Positions 9,990 through 22,904 of a stretch of 64,000 bases of DNA are shown one piece after another. Origin of the DNA: Mobula hypostoma (Eukaryota); NCBI RefSeq assembly GCF_963921235.1, contig NC_086097.1, positions 217,188,001-217,252,000 on the forward strand, given 5' to 3'. A program made the position numbers and the translations under genes. The stretch's first letter is position 1; every line of letters begins with the position of its first letter. The notes under the pieces were generated by a model. It did no database searches. It worked only from the letters and a program-made list of their open reading frames with translations, and was not told the DNA's origin.

Positions 9990-11900
9990 AACTAGCCAGG
10001 TCACCTTTTCCCCCTTTCACCCACACATCAATGAGTTCTGCGTCTGCCACGATGCTGAACTTTTCTTTTGTCACCACCACCTCCAAGCCCACTTCTTCCG
10101 CAAGAATTCCCCACCTCGCACTGATGATCCCTTCTCCCACCTCCAACCCTCCTCCTCTTCTTGGACACCAGGCATTGGTAGGCTGCCTGCCCTAGATCTT
10201 TTTGCCTCTAATTGCTGACGAGGCATCAACCAGCTCAACTTCAGCACTCCTCTCTCCTCCTCGAACCTTACCCCCTCTGAAAGCCCGGGCCTCCACTCTC
10301 TCTGCACCAATCCCAACCTCACCATCAAACTCGCAGACAAAAGGTGTGCTGTTGCAGTGAGGCAGGCTGATCTCTACCTTGCTGAGGCCAAGCAGCAACT
10401 CTCAGACATCTTCTCTTACCTACCCTGTGAAGAGGACTTCACTGTGGACTATCAAAAAACTGCTCCAAAACTATCACTGGCCTCTAGAGAACCATCCATT
10501 GCCACCAAACTCGCAGTTCCCTTACCCACATTACTCACTTCTACTCCTACCCAAAATCCACAAACCTGACAGTCCAGGTAGGCCCATTGTCTCTGTCTGG
10601 TCCTACCCCACTGAACTTGTGTCCTCATACCTTGACTCCATTCTGTTCCCTTGGTTCTGTCCCTTCCCACCTATACCAGCGACTATTCTAATGCTCTCAG
10701 TCTCCTAACTTTCAATTCTCTGGCCCTGACTACCTTATTTTCACCATGGATGTCCAGTCCCTGTACATTTCAATCCCCCATGAAGAAAACCTTTCTCCAC
10801 CATTGATGCTGCCCTCACCCGCATCTCCTCCATTTCCCATACATCAGCGCTCACCCCATATTCGAACTTGTCCTTACCCACCAGCCCATGAGCCACCGCG
10901 TCTAACAAATCATTTTCTGAAATTTTTGCCATCTCCAATGGGATCCTACCACCAAACACATCTTTACCTCCCCCCCCCCACCCACCCCACTTTCCGCAGG
11001 GATCACTGCCTCTGTGATTCCACTGCCCATTCACCTCCTCCCCACTAACCTCCTTCCAGTCACTTACCCCTGCAGGCAACAGAAGTGCTACACCTGCCCA
11101 TTCACTCCTCCCCACTAACCTCCCTCCAGTCACCCCTGCAGGCAACAGAAGTGCTACACCTGCCCATTCACTCCTCCCCACTAACCTCCCTCCAGTCACC
11201 CCTGCAGGCGGCAGAAGTGCTACACCTGCCCATTCACCTCCTCCCTCACCTCCATTCAGGGACTCAAACAGTCCTTCCAGTTGAAGCAGCACTTCACCTG
11301 CGAATCTGCTGGGGTCATCTATTGTATCCAGTGCCTCCGCTACGTTGGAGAGACCCATCGTAAATTGGGGGACGGCTTCTTCACCTCTGCTCGATCCAAA
11401 AGCAGGACTTCCCAGTGGCAGAGACACTTTAATTCCGATTCCCATCCCATTCCGACATGTCGGTCCATGGGCTCCTCTTGTGCTACATTGAGGCTGCCCT
11501 CAGGGTGGAGGAATGACACCTTGTATCTCAATCTGTGTAACCACCAACCTGATGGCATGAACATTGATGTCTCCCTCCAATAAAAAAAAATCCTTCCCCT
11601 CCCCTCTCTCTAGCCTCCTATCTCTTCTCAACTGCCTGTTACCCCACCCCCTGGTGCCCCTCCTCCTTTCCTTTCTCCTATGGTCTCTTCTCCTATCAGA
11701 TTCCTTCCTCTCCACCCTTTACCTTTCCCACCCACATAGCTTCACCTGTCACCTTCTAGCTCGTCTCCTTCCCCTCTTTATTCTGGCAATTTCCCCCCGG
11801 GACTGAAGAAGAGTCTTGGCCCGAAACGTTGACTGGTTGTTCATTGCTATGGATGCTACCTGACCTGCTGAGTTCCTCTAGTATTTTGTGTGTGTTGCTT
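9990..11900 (+). mobile_element. Penelope-like retroelement remnant (RT plus GIY-YIG endonuclease, terminal repeat)
   Basis: IKLADK, LLPKIHKPDSPGRPIVS and TMDVQSLYISIPH (RT); KQHFTCESAGVIYCIQC...YVGET (GIY-YIG). Many frameshifts. Confidence 0.85.
11023..11238 (+). repeat. About 66-bp tandem triplication inside the Penelope element
   Basis: CTGCCCATTCAC recurs at 11023, 11094, 11160 and 11226 with near-identical intervening sequence. Confidence 0.9.
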
Positions 11901-12344
11901 CTGAGAATTTAAAACAAGAATTGGTTTTCTAACTGTAATTTCTTGGGCGGTCTTGGTTGTAGGCAGGACGGCATCAAATAATGATCAGAAATAGTGGTTT
12001 CAGACAGAGAGATATTGAGTAACAGAGTCATAACCCAAAGACTTTTACTCCCTCATGTTGGGGATGGATGTAAGATTTTAAATAAATTCAATTCAGTAAA
12101 TTCAATAATATTTAACCCTTTTTTGATTCCTAAGTCAGTGTATTTCCAAGTCGATGGGTGGGCTCAGTGATATGCTGGTTAAGATCTAGGCTGTCTAGTA
12201 AGTTCATGAGTTCAAAGGCTTTGCACTTGAGTGATTATTAATACGAGTATTGAAATCGCCAGCAATGACAATTCTGTCGTGGTTCAATATAATGGAAGTT
12301 AAGAATTCTGAGAGAAAACAGGCATTGGATTTTTGCCCAATCTT

Positions 12345-12510
12345 TCTCGGTTTTGTTTGTGCAGGGAGAAGGATTTGGGGGTTGATAAGCCTGTCCCGTT
12401 TTGTTTGGGTTTTTTTGTGTGGGAGGAGGGACTTGGGGATTGATGTGCCTGTTCTGTTTTTGTTTGTTTTTTGTGCGGGGAGGAGGATTTGGGGTTTGAC
12501 AATCATGCTA
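12345..12510. repeat. Three degenerate ~60-bp tandem units
   Basis: TTTGT-rich run followed by GGGAG(A/G)AGG(G)A(T/C)TTGGGG(G/A/T)TTGA, repeated three times. Confidence 0.6.
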
Positions 12511-12879
12511 CCTTTCTTTTCTTTCTTGGTTTCATGGCTACCTGGAGAAGAAGAATTCCACTCGTACACTTTGAAAATAAATGAACCTTCGAACCTTTGA
12601 CTTTGGGGGGCATAAATGATAAGGCAAAGGACATGATCTGTACCATAAATTTTAAACTGCATGTACCTCAAAACTCGAACAATTGTTGACAGATTGCATC
12701 TAAGATGCTTGTTGAACATGGTGGCAAGCCCACTACCTCAGGCACTGGGCCTTAGTACACTGAAGCTGTCATAGTCAGGGGGATGCAGATGGCTTAGCAA
12801 GTTTAATGGCGGTTAATTCCCTAAGACTTGATGATGGGTGGCAAGTGAGGAGATTTACTGGGGCCTGATTTTTTTTCCT

Positions 12880-14659
12880 ATCACTTCCGGAGGACTATTT
12901 CAAGAGCAAAGGAACAATTCCAAGTGAGGTTGGAGGCAACATTAGATGCACAACAACTCTGGCAGGGTTTGCAATACATTACTTCCTACAAAGTGAGACC
13001 CAATAGCATGAATGGCAGTGATGCTTCACTACCAGATGAACTCAACGCCTTCTATGCCCGCTTTGAAAGGGAGAACATAACTACAGCTGTGAAGATCCCT
13101 GCTGCACCTGGTGACCCTGTGATCTGTCTCACAGGCCGATGTTAGGCTGTCTTTAAGGAGGGTGAACTCTCGCAAGGCAGCAGGACCCGAGGTAAGGCTC
13201 TGAAAACTTGTATCAACCAATTGGCAGGAGTATTCATTTTCAAACTTTCACTGCTACGGTTGTAAGTTCCCATTGCTTCAAAAAGGCAACAATTACTGCA
13301 GTGCCTAAGAAGAGTAGTGTGAGCCGTCTCAACAACTATCGCCCAGTAGCACTCACATCTATAGTGATGAAATGCTTTGAGAGGTTGGTCACAGCTAGAA
13401 GGGACTCCTGCCCCAGCAAGGACCTGAACCCACTGCAATTTGCCTATCACCTCAATAGGTCTATGGCAGATGCAATCTCAACGACTCTTCACATGGCCTT
13501 AGATCACCTGCACAATACAAACACCTATGTCAGGATGCTGTTCATTGACTATAGCATCGTATTTAACACGATCAATCCCACAGTCCTGATCGTTAAACTA
13601 CTTGACCTGGGCCTCTGTACCTCCCTCTGCAATTGGATCCTCGACTTCCTAACTGGAAGACCACAATCTGGAAGACCATAATAACTACTCCTCAATGACG
13701 ATCAACACAGGTGCACCTCAGGGATGTATGTTTAGCCCACTTCTCTACTCTCTCTATACCCATGACTGCGTGGCAAGGCACTGCTCAAAAGCCATCAAAA
13801 ATTTGCTAATGATACAACCATTGTCGGTCAACTCTCAGGTGGAGATGAGAGGGCGTACAGAGGCGAGATACACCAGCTAGTTGAGTATTGTCGCAGCAAC
13901 AGCCTTGCACTCAATTAGCTGAAGTCCATAAAGGGTAGGATGAGAAAACACAAACCAATCCTCATAGAGGAATCAGAAGTGGAGTGAGTGAGTAATTTCA
14001 AATTCCTGGGTGTCAAGATCTCTAAGGATCTAACCCAGTCCCAACATATCGATGCAGCTATAAAGAAGGCAAGTTCATTAGGAGTCTGAGGAGATTTGGT
14101 TTGTCACCTAAAACACTCAAACTTCTATAGATGTACCATGGAGAGCATTCTAACAGGCTGCATCACAGTATGCAGAGCTACTGCACAGGATTGAGAAAAG
14201 CTACAGAAAGTTGTAAAATTAGTCAGCTCCATCTTGGGTACTAGCCTCTGTAGTATATCAAAGACATCTTCAAGGAGTGGTGACTCAGAAAGGCAGCATC
14301 CATTATTAAGACCCCTATACCCAGGACATGCTCTTTTCTCGTTGTTACTGTTGGGCAGGAGGTACAGAAGCCTGAAGGCACACACTCAGCGATTCACAAA
14401 CAGCTTCTTGCCTTCTACCGCCCGTTTCCTTTGACATTGAACCCATGAACACTACCTCACTTTTTCATTATTTCCATTTTTGCACTATTTTAACTATTTA
14501 ATACTTACTGTAATTGATTTCCTTATTTATGTTTTCTATATTATCATACATAGAAAAAATAAATAAGTAAATCAATTACAGTACAATTATTGTACTGCTG
14601 TTGCTAAGTCAACAAATTTCACAACATATGCCGGTGATATTAAACCCTGATTCTGATTC
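12880..14659 (+). mobile_element. Rex1/Babar LINE, 5'-truncated and decayed
   Basis: [58 protein letters not shown]. Ends with a CTGATTCTGATTC tail. Confidence 0.85.
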
Positions 14660-16929
14660 CGGTCACAGGTGAAGTGCCTGAAGACTGAAAGACAATAAGT
14701 ATGGTGCACTTATTCAAGAAGGACTACATGAAGAAAGGAGTTAATTACAAGAGCGTATGTCTGACATCAGTCATAGCTAATTAAAATCTGAGAGGCAGGA
14801 TTAAGATACACTTGAAAAGGCAGAGATTATTCAAAGATAGTCTGTTTTTTACCCCTATTATTAACAGAGTAATTTCACTTAATTGTTTAAAGAGATACAA
14901 AATGTACTAATGAGTGCAGAGTGGTTAATATGCCTACACAGATTTCAGTGAGGCCTCGACAAGGCAAACTTGGGAGATTGATCTAAATAGTTAGAGCCTG
15001 TGGCAAGTTGGATCCAAATTCAGTTTGGTAAGAGGAGACAGAGGGCACGTGGAAAAATGGTGATATTGCAGAGAATGAGGAGCCTTGGGATACAGGGTGA
15101 TATCAAGCAGATAGTCAGGTGAGCAGACTAATGGTAGATGGGATTTAATCCTGATAAATGCAATATGTAACACTTTGGGAGGACTTTTAAGAGCAAGACA
15201 ACAGGTGCATAGCAACACTGCCAAAAGCAAATACCCTTCATTGTCACACTTGATTTGGAAATGTGGTTCTCTTCCTTCATCATTGCAAACAGAAACTTTA
15301 GCAGAAGAATGACAGTGGTTCAAGAAGGTTTCGCAACACTGTCTCAAGGATAATTAGAGAATTACATTAAATTCTAACCCGTAAATGAAGAAAATTTGTT
15401 GTAAGGTGATCCAAAGTACATTACTATTCATACTGCCTAAATAAAGTGGCTGAAATGTTTTACTCTAACCAAGGACCAAGCCATATTTGAGCAACTGAAT
15501 TAATTAATGCCGCTGTCAAAAAGTGCCAGTATTTTCTCAGCATTGGTACTTACAAGTGGTAAATGAGCTGGGCACCATCATTGACGTTGGCTTTGCCACA
15601 AGGCAGTTAGACATCCTGTTAATCTCACTAACTACCAGACAGAAAGCAGGAAAATGATTACGCAGCTTTTTCGTTAAGTAAGGCAGGATCTTATTTTTCT
15701 CTTGTATTTCTTGATTTTCCTGCTCTGCAGCCCCATGAATTTGCAAATATTTTCTCGATTTACAACACTCCCGGCAGAGACGATTGAAAGATACAGATTT
15801 ACTGCCACCAGTTGGTGGCTTAATGTAACTACCTTGTAGGTTCACTGCAACGGCTTGCATTTAATGGCACCTTCAACTCAGCAAAACATCTTAAAAGTTA
15901 TTTACAAGAGCACCAATAAAAAAGTAATTATTACTTTACCGCAACAGAAAATATTGGAGTTGACGACCTAAAGTTTGGTCAGAGAACCAGGTGTTATGAA
16001 GTGACGTCAAGGACTGACAATAGCAGACAACCATGTATTTGTGGAGGGAAGTTCTGACAGTAAAGCCTTAGCAGCTAAAAACACTATCGATGGTGCAGAA
16101 ATTAAAATCAAAGACGCTCTAAAGTTTGAAAAATACATCTATCCCGGTAAAGTCTGTAGGCATTTATTGCATTATAAAGGCAATAAACTAAAGAAGGATC
16201 AAAGACAATGGTGAAAATGCCCTGAAGTCTTCTCCCATCCTTCTTCCACCCCCTCCTTCCCCCCCCCACCGCCCTTCAATCTCCAAAACCTGCATTTATT
16301 TATTTTTAGCTTTTTAATCTCGGCCGATTAATAATCTCACTCCTTAGCCTATTCTTACAGAAACCCCGAGTAGTTGCACTGCTCCAGGGACAGAGCTAGG
16401 TTTCGGAACAGATGAACAGCCGTCGGGGTCAAAGATCAAATTACTCTTGTAGTTTGCACTTTTCTTTCATAAGGGCGGGGTAACATTAATAACGTAGACT
16501 TCCAGGTTCATACGCCCCCATTTCGCTCTTTGGAAGAGCGAATCAATGACAAGAGTCACTTCCACTACATCTTTATAGAGGCCAGGATGTCCTCGATTCT
16601 TTGCTCCGAATTACAGCAAAGGAAGGTGAGATGTGCATAGCCACATTCCATTCCGATCCTTCACAAGAACACCCTCGGAGGAGTCATAGAACACTACAGC
16701 ACAGAAGCAGGCTCTTCGGCCTATCTACTCCGTGCCGAACCATTAATTTGCCTAGTTCCATCGCTTTGCATCCGGACCATATACAGATCTCTATACCCTT
16801 CCATCCATATATCTACCAAAATTTCTCTTAAATGTTCAAAATAGAACAGGCATCCACCCTTTCGCTCACAGCTTTCACCCTCTGAGCTCTACACCCCCTC
16901 TTCCGTCCCCCGCCCCCCATCCCCAGGTT

Positions 16930-17175
16930 CACTCTTCTCTTCTATCAGACTCCTCCTTCTCCAGCCCTTTATCTCTCCCAGCTACCTGGCTTCACCTATC
17001 ACCTTCTAGCTAGTTCTCCTTACTCTCCCGCCACTTTTTTATTCTGGCATCTTGTCCTTTCCTTTCCTGAAGAAGGGTCTCGTCCCGAAGCGTCCACTGT
17101 ATTTATTTCCATAGATGCTGCCTGACCTGCTGAGTCCCTCCTGCATTTTGTGCGTGTTACTCTAGCTTTCCAGCT
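16930..17175 (+). mobile_element. Penelope terminal-repeat remnant with hammerhead-like motif
   Basis: CTGAAGAAGGGTCTCGTCCCGAAGCGTC...TAGATGCTGCCTGACCTGCTGAG, matching the end of the 9990-11900 element. Confidence 0.7.
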
Positions 17176-17339
17176 TAACCTATTACTTCTAGTTCTAGGT
17201 TTTAGTTGCAAGAACACCTTCGGAGACCTGGTTATAATTTAACAAGTGTTCGCTTTTAATGCAATAATTCGAATTCAGCGAGAACGTTTCACTTGGCAGA
17301 ATTATCAACACGGCCAGTGACCTTTCCCTGTTAATGCTC

Positions 17340-17372
17340 CCATTGGTCAATTGGAAGGTGCATTGGGCCAAT
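17340..17372 (+). promoter_or_regulatory. Cluster of CCAAT/ATTGG boxes (putative NF-Y promoter of RRS1)
   Basis: ATTGG at 17342, 17350 and 17362 and CCAAT at 17368, about 80-110 nt upstream of the ATG, at the edge of a CpG-rich region. Confidence 0.55.
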
Positions 17373-17448
17373 GAGAAACAGGAGGAAACACGCGGGCGGA
17401 AGCAATCGTTTCACCCAAGCAGGCTCGCCTTGTGTAGCGTGGGTGAGG

Positions 17449-18453
17449 ATGGCGACGGTGGTGGAGGATGTCCTGGCGGACGTGGAGCGGGCCGAGGCCG
17501 AGTGCCTCAAGAGTATCAGCGTCGAGAAGGAGCTAGAGCTCGAGTTTGACCTGGGGAACCTGACGGCGTTCGACGTGAACGCCCCAAACGTCCGCGACTT
17601 CCGACACAACCCCGAGCAGTTCCTGCGCTCCCTGGCCCGCGACAACACGCAGCTGCTGGTCAACGCCGTCTGGAAGTTGCCCACCGAGCGGGTGCAGGAC
17701 GTGATCGTGGCCAAGCTGCCCCAGGGCACCACGCGTATCCCCCGCGAGAAGGCTGTGCCCAAGCCCCGGCCGCGCACCCGCTGGGAGGAGTTCGCCAGAC
17801 TCAAGGGTATCCGAAAGAAAAAGAAAACTAACTTGGTCTGGGACGAGGAGAAGAAAGATTGGCGGCGGCGCTGGGGCTACAAGAGAGCCAACGATGAAAC
17901 CAAACACTGGGTCATTGAGGTGCCTGAGACGGCCGATCCCAATGAAGATCAGTTTGCAAAACGTGCCGCAGCTAAAAAAGAAAGAGTGGCGAAGAACGAA
18001 CTGAATAGGCTGCGTAATATCGCTAGAGCTCAGAAGATTACAGTACCGACCATGGGACTAGCCCCAACCAGTCAGCCCAGTAAGAGTGATCTAAGCAAAG
18101 CCATTCACGTGGCGAAGACCTCCACAGCTTCAGTTGGCAAGTTTCAAGATAAATTACCCAAGGAAAAGGAGCTGAAGAATAAAGCCAATAAGAGGAAATT
18201 CCAGCCCCTGATCGGAGATTTTTCTGCAGAGAAACAGAGCCAACTAGAACTTTTAAAAATTATGGCCAGCAAGAAACCAAAACTAGACCTCACAAAAGCT
18301 GTAAATAAGCAGCTTCGTGAAGATGAGCAGGAGCAGGCAGCAAAACGAAAGAAAGTGGGGTCAAAAGGCAGAAAAGGACATAAAAACTATCATCGAAAAG
18401 ATGGAAAACACCAACATCGAAAATCAGCCAGTAAGAGAGGAAGGGGTAAATGA
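17449..18453 (+). CDS. RRS1: Ribosome biogenesis regulatory protein RRS1, single coding exon (334 aa)
   Basis: RRS1 motifs ELEFDLGNL, LARDNTQLLVNAVWKLP, PREKAVPKPRP.TRWEEFARLKGI, WRRRWGYKRA and STASVGKFQ, plus a basic tail. Strong Kozak context (aggATGg). Confidence 0.97.
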   Translation: MATVVEDVLADVERAEAECLKSISVEKELELEFDLGNLTAFDVNAPNVRDFRHNPEQFLRSLARDNTQLLVNAVWKLPTERVQDVIVAKLPQGTTRIPREKAVPKPRPRTRWEEFARLKGIRKKKKTNLVWDEEKKDWRRRWGYKRANDETKHWVIEVPETADPNEDQFAKRAAAKKERVAKNELNRLRNIARAQKITVPTMGLAPTSQPSKSDLSKAIHVAKTSTASVGKFQDKLPKEKELKNKANKRKFQPLIGDFSAEKQSQLELLKIMASKKPKLDLTKAVNKQLREDEQEQAAKRKKVGSKGRKGHKNYHRKDGKHQHRKSASKRGRGK

Positions 18454-18565
18454 ACATTGCGAATGGAACTCTTGGTATTGTACTTTCTGATTTAAAATGA
18501 ACTGTAGTCTTGCGATGGAAATGTCTAGTCCATAACATGACAACTTTAACATTGTTCATATTTAA

Positions 18566-18685
18566 AATAAACTGAATTATAGTTTTCATTTGGTGAGAAC
18601 AATGAATTAAATAAGTTACAATTTTAGCTAAAGAACCAGCTAAATGGTTTTATATTGTATTAAACGAATACAAACCTTGAATAAA
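18566..18685 (+). terminator. Candidate RRS1 polyadenylation signals
   Basis: AATAAA at 18566 and 18680 in AT-rich sequence after the stop. Confidence 0.5.
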
Positions 18686-18774
18686 ATGGCCTTCCCCACC
18701 ACTATTCGTTGTTCTCACTTTACTTTAAAATGACCAATAGTACCCAGGTGAGTGTTGTTCAAAATGTCACCTAC

Positions 18775-19048
18775 TTTATTTATTTATTGAGACACTGCGG
18801 AATAGGGCCTTCGAGCCACGCTGCCCAGCTACCCCCCCCCATTTAATCCTAACTTAATCGCGGGATAATTTACAACGACCTATTAACCTACCAACTGCTA
18901 CATCTGTAGACTGCGGGAAGAAACCGGAGCACCTGGAGGAAACCCATGCGGTCACGGGGAGAAGGTGCAAACTCGCCAGAGGCAGCAACAGTAATTGAAC
19001 CCTGGTCCCCGTGCTGTAAAACGTGCTGACAGTATGCTACCGTGCTGC
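18775..19048 (-). mobile_element. tRNA-derived V-SINE (HE1-like)
   Basis: Minus strand has a tRNA-like head with B-box GGTTCAAT, V-domain GGGTTTCCTCCAGGTGCTCCGGTTTC and an (AAAT)n tail. Confidence 0.75.
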
Positions 19049-19496
19049 CCTTTAAGGCTTTTCTGCCGTAATTAGCTAACTGATTCTGTTTTCAAGTTGA
19101 TTACTTGTATGATTGTAAATAAAACTTCAAGATCTAATATAGTTAAAAATGCAAATATGCATTTCCTATTTCTTAATGGACAATGATCTTATTTAGTAAC
19201 ATTAGGAAAGTAGATTTCCAGGGAATATAAGTAGAACAGTTGGACAAGATTATACCCATGAGCTGACGAGGAAAGTCTCCATATTTGACAGTAAGTGCAC
19301 TTTTTTTTAGTTAATCTAGGTTATTTGTTTGCTGTGACATTGGTGATCCGCTTATTTGCCACATTTAAAACCATTACTCTTTGCCTGACAGGTTATTTTA
19401 ATGCTTCTGTAACCCAAAGTAGAGTTAGAAAGATTTCATAATGATTTAATTGTTATTTGTATTTTTGTTTTAAAATTGCGTTTTAAAAACTTGATA

Positions 19497-19965
19497 TAGA
19501 AACATAGAAAACCTACAGCACAATACAGGCCCTTCGGCCCACAATGCTGTGCCGAACATGTACTTTAGAAATTACCTAGGATTACCCATAATTCTCTATT
19601 TTTCTAAGCTCCATGTACCTGTCCAGGAGTCTGTTAAAAGACCCTGTCGTATCCTCCACCACCGTTGCCGGCAGCCCATTCCATGCACTCACCACCCTCT
19701 GCATTAAGAGAAACAACCCTGACATCTCTTCTGTACCTACTTCCAAGCACCTTAAAATTGTGCCCTCTCGTGTTAGCCATTTCAGCCCTGGGAGGAAGCA
19801 TCTGATTATCCACACGATCAATGCCTCTCATCATCTATCAGGTCACCTCTCCTCTGTCGCTCCAAGGAGAAAAGGCCGAGTTAACTCAACCTATTTTCAT
19901 AAGGCATGCTCCCCATTCCAGGCAATATCCTTGTAAATCTCCTCTGCACCCTTTCTATAGTTTCC
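19497..19965 (-). mobile_element. CR1 3' fragment (same family as 29579 and 58755)
   Basis: MRGIDRVD...TRGHNFKV, with an identical 3' end TAGAAACATAGAAAACCTACAGCAC on the + strand. Confidence 0.85.
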
Positions 19966-20814
19966 AGATATTATCTGGCCTTGTTTATATGCTTAACTCA
20001 AAATCATCCTAGAATGCATAGATAACCACAGGCTTCTTTATTTAAAACTAATCTTAAATCCCACCCCTGCCCCATGCATCCAGTGGGCGTAATATAGTCC
20101 CCTTTCCCGGCAGACAAGGTCGAACTTTCAAGGCTACTCCTCCATCTTGTCTAAAAATAATATGCCTTCATTTCTTCCTAATGAAGCTGACTTCTTGGCC
20201 CAATGTTTGCTGATAATGACCTTCAAATTCTTTGTCGTGGACTTATCAAAGTGACCTTTCAACACTTGCATGAATAAAGATGTACTGAATTTCTCCAAAA
20301 TCATAGAATGTGCTACTTAGAAACCAGCACTTCTATCTCCTTATTATTGGTAAACTACATTGTAATCATCATTGATCTTCTACAGCCTTTGACCATACCC
20401 TCTACCAACTCTGCACTGGGGAAGACTTGGCACAGCTAAGAGCTGCTGCCCGATAGCTTCAGTCTTGACCCTTGGTGCTGCCTCTGGAGTGTGTACATTG
20501 CCCGTGACCAGGTGGGTTTCCTCCAGGTGCTCTGGTTTCTTCCCACATACAAAAAGCATACAAATTGGTAGATCAATTGGTCGTTGTAAACTGTCTCTTG
20601 TATGCAGGAAAATTTAAATCTAGAGGGAGTAGAGTGGATTCGTGTGAAAGGTTGGCCTGAGTAGTCTTTTTCTGTGCTGAGGACTGACTGCATTTAGCTT
20701 TATAATTAATTCGCAGGGTTTCAGCACTTAAGGTAAGATCTGCATTAAATATCTCTGCTGCCTCATGCAAAGCTGTTTCAGAGCCAACCACATTACATCT
20801 CCCATCACTTCTAG

Positions 20815-21390
20815 GTCATAGAGTTCCAGGCACAGAGATAGCCTTCAGCCCACCTGGTGTGCCAAACTATTCTGCCTAGTTCCATCAACCTGGACTTGCA
20901 CCATAGCCCTCCACAATCCTTCCACCCATGTACTTATCCAAACCCCTCAGATGTTAAAATTGAGCCTGTATCCCCCGCTTCTTCTGACAACTCATTCCAC
21001 ACACCACCCTCTGAGAGTGGAAAGAGTTTTGCCTCATGTTCTGCTTAAACATTGCACATGTAACCTATACCCTTTAGTTCAAGACTCACCCAACCTCAGT
21101 GGTAAAAGCCTGCTTGCATTTACAGTATATCCCTCATAATTTTGTATGTCGATCAAATCTTCTATGTTCTAGGAAATAAAGTCCTAACCTTTTCTCCCTT
21201 TGCCTATAACTCAGGTCCTCAAGTCTAAGCTATATCCTTGTACATTTTCTCTGTAGTCTTTCAATCTTTTCTGTAGATAGGTGACCAGAACTGCACACAG
21301 CACTCCAAATTAGGCCTTACCAATGTCTTAGACAATTTCAACATCATATCCTGACTCCTGTACTCAATACTTTGATTTTGAAGGCCAACG
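20815..21390 (-). mobile_element. Decayed CR1 3' fragment
   Basis: Recognisable GTGACCAGAACTGCACACAGCACTCC (LE.CVQFWSP) segment and 3' region. Confidence 0.6.
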
Positions 21391-22211
21391 GGCTCAGAGG
21401 TCTTATCTATCAGTTACACCTCTCTCAAGAAATGATGGATCCCTTTGCTCTACCACACTATTGTTCACGGTGTGAGTCCTACCCTGGTGTGTCCTTCCAT
21501 AGTGCAACACCTCACACTTGTCTGCATTCAGTTCCATCTGCAGGTCAAACAGCAAATTTCCTTATTAGTGAACCAGTCGGGTTTTTTACGTGTAATTTTA
21601 AATCACAGAGGTTCCTCACCCACATTGATAAATATGCATCAATGCAACTCTCTGGATTGCTAGTTCAATGCTTATCCCCTGTTATGTAGAATATAAAAGA
21701 GGAACAGGCTACAAAATCTGCTGAACACCATGTCAAGTTAAACTAAATTTCTGCCTGCACATAATCTGTACCCTTCCATTCCTTCATGTTGCCTGAAGTG
21801 CCTAAAAGCCCTTTAAACACCTTGATTGTATCTGTTTCCACCACTTCCTCTGGCAGCACATTGCAGACACCAATCAATCTGTAAAAAGAGAACAACTTGC
21901 ACACCCTCTTTAAACTTTTCCCATCTCACCTTAAATGCAGGCCTTTTAGTATTCGACATTTCTACCCTGAGAAATGGGTTCTGACTACAAGATCGCTCCC
22001 TATATCAGTCATGCTTGTATACTTTGCCTTTAGATTTGACCTCCCAAGAAGTGCAACATCACACCTGTCCACATTAAACTCCCATCAGCCCATGTTTGTA
22101 AAAAATCCATATTCTGCTTTATCTTCTCATAACCTTTCCACAAATCTACTGATCATTTTGTCACCTGCAAACTTACTAACCCACCATTTACTCTTCTATC
22201 TATGTAATCGT

Positions 22212-22465
22212 GTGGTGTGGTAGCGTAGTGGTTAGCATAACACTATGACAGTACCAGCAACCCGGGTTCAATTTCTGCCACTGTCAGTAAGGAATTTGTA
22301 CATTTTCCCCTGGACCGTGTAGGTGTCCTCATTGGGATGCTCTGGTTTCCTCCCACATCCCTAAGACGCACTGCTTAGTAGGTTAATTAGTGACATGGGT
22401 GCAAATAGGCAGCACGGCACATTGGGCCGGAAAGACCTGTTACTGTGCTGTATCTAAATAAATAC
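22212..22465 (+). mobile_element. tRNA-derived V-SINE
   Basis: A-box TAGCGTAGTGGTTAG, B-box GGTTCAATT, V-domain TGCTCTGGTTTCCTCCCACA and an AAATAAAT tail. Confidence 0.8.
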
Positions 22466-22904
22466 ATTCTATATATCACAAACAACAGGAGTGCCAGCTT
22501 TGATCCCTGCAGAACACCACTGGTCAGGGATCCAATCAGAATAACAGCCTTCCACCACCACCACCACCCTCTGCCTTCCAAGACCAAGCTAATTCTGAAT
22601 CCAAACAACCAAATCATCTTGGATCCCGTGCATCTTCACCTTTAGGATCACCTTATCATAAGAAAACTTCTCAAATTCCGTACTAAAGTCAGTGTAAATA
22701 ACATCCACTGTCCTACCCTCATCAATCACCTGTGTCACTTCCTCAAAATAAAAGCTCATTCCTTACACTAAGTCATGCTGACTGTCCCTAATCAGGCCAT
22801 GCTTTTCTAAAATGCATAAATCCTCTTCCCTAAGAATCCTCACCAGTAGTTTCCCTGCCATTCACTGGCCTTTGATTTCCTGAAATGTACTGTGAAAATT
22901 TAAA

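Larger units (their letters stand above)
9030..12780 (-). mobile_element. Decayed L2-clade LINE, interrupted by a Penelope element and a short repeat
   Basis: STCSLDPVPTAFL...NIPFLGKILEKVIFN (RT N-terminal part, 9232-9495) and IAGDFN endonuclease remnants near 12200-12320. Confidence 0.6.

Noticed and set aside
10741..11445. 234-aa minus-strand ORF with repeated peptide
   Set aside because: Antisense to the Penelope element; the repeats come from the 66-bp triplication.
11023..12510. Tandem repeats as a CRISPR-like array
   Set aside because: Eukaryotic context, no unique spacers and no cas genes.
17371..17448. 26-aa N-terminal extension of RRS1 from the upstream in-frame ATG
   Set aside because: That ATG overlaps a CCAAT box and is probably upstream of the TSS. 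RRS1 similarity starts near the ATG at 17449, which has a strong Kozak context.
22212..22290. tRNA gene
   Set aside because: A and B boxes are present but continue into a V-domain and a LINE-like tail, so this is a SINE head.
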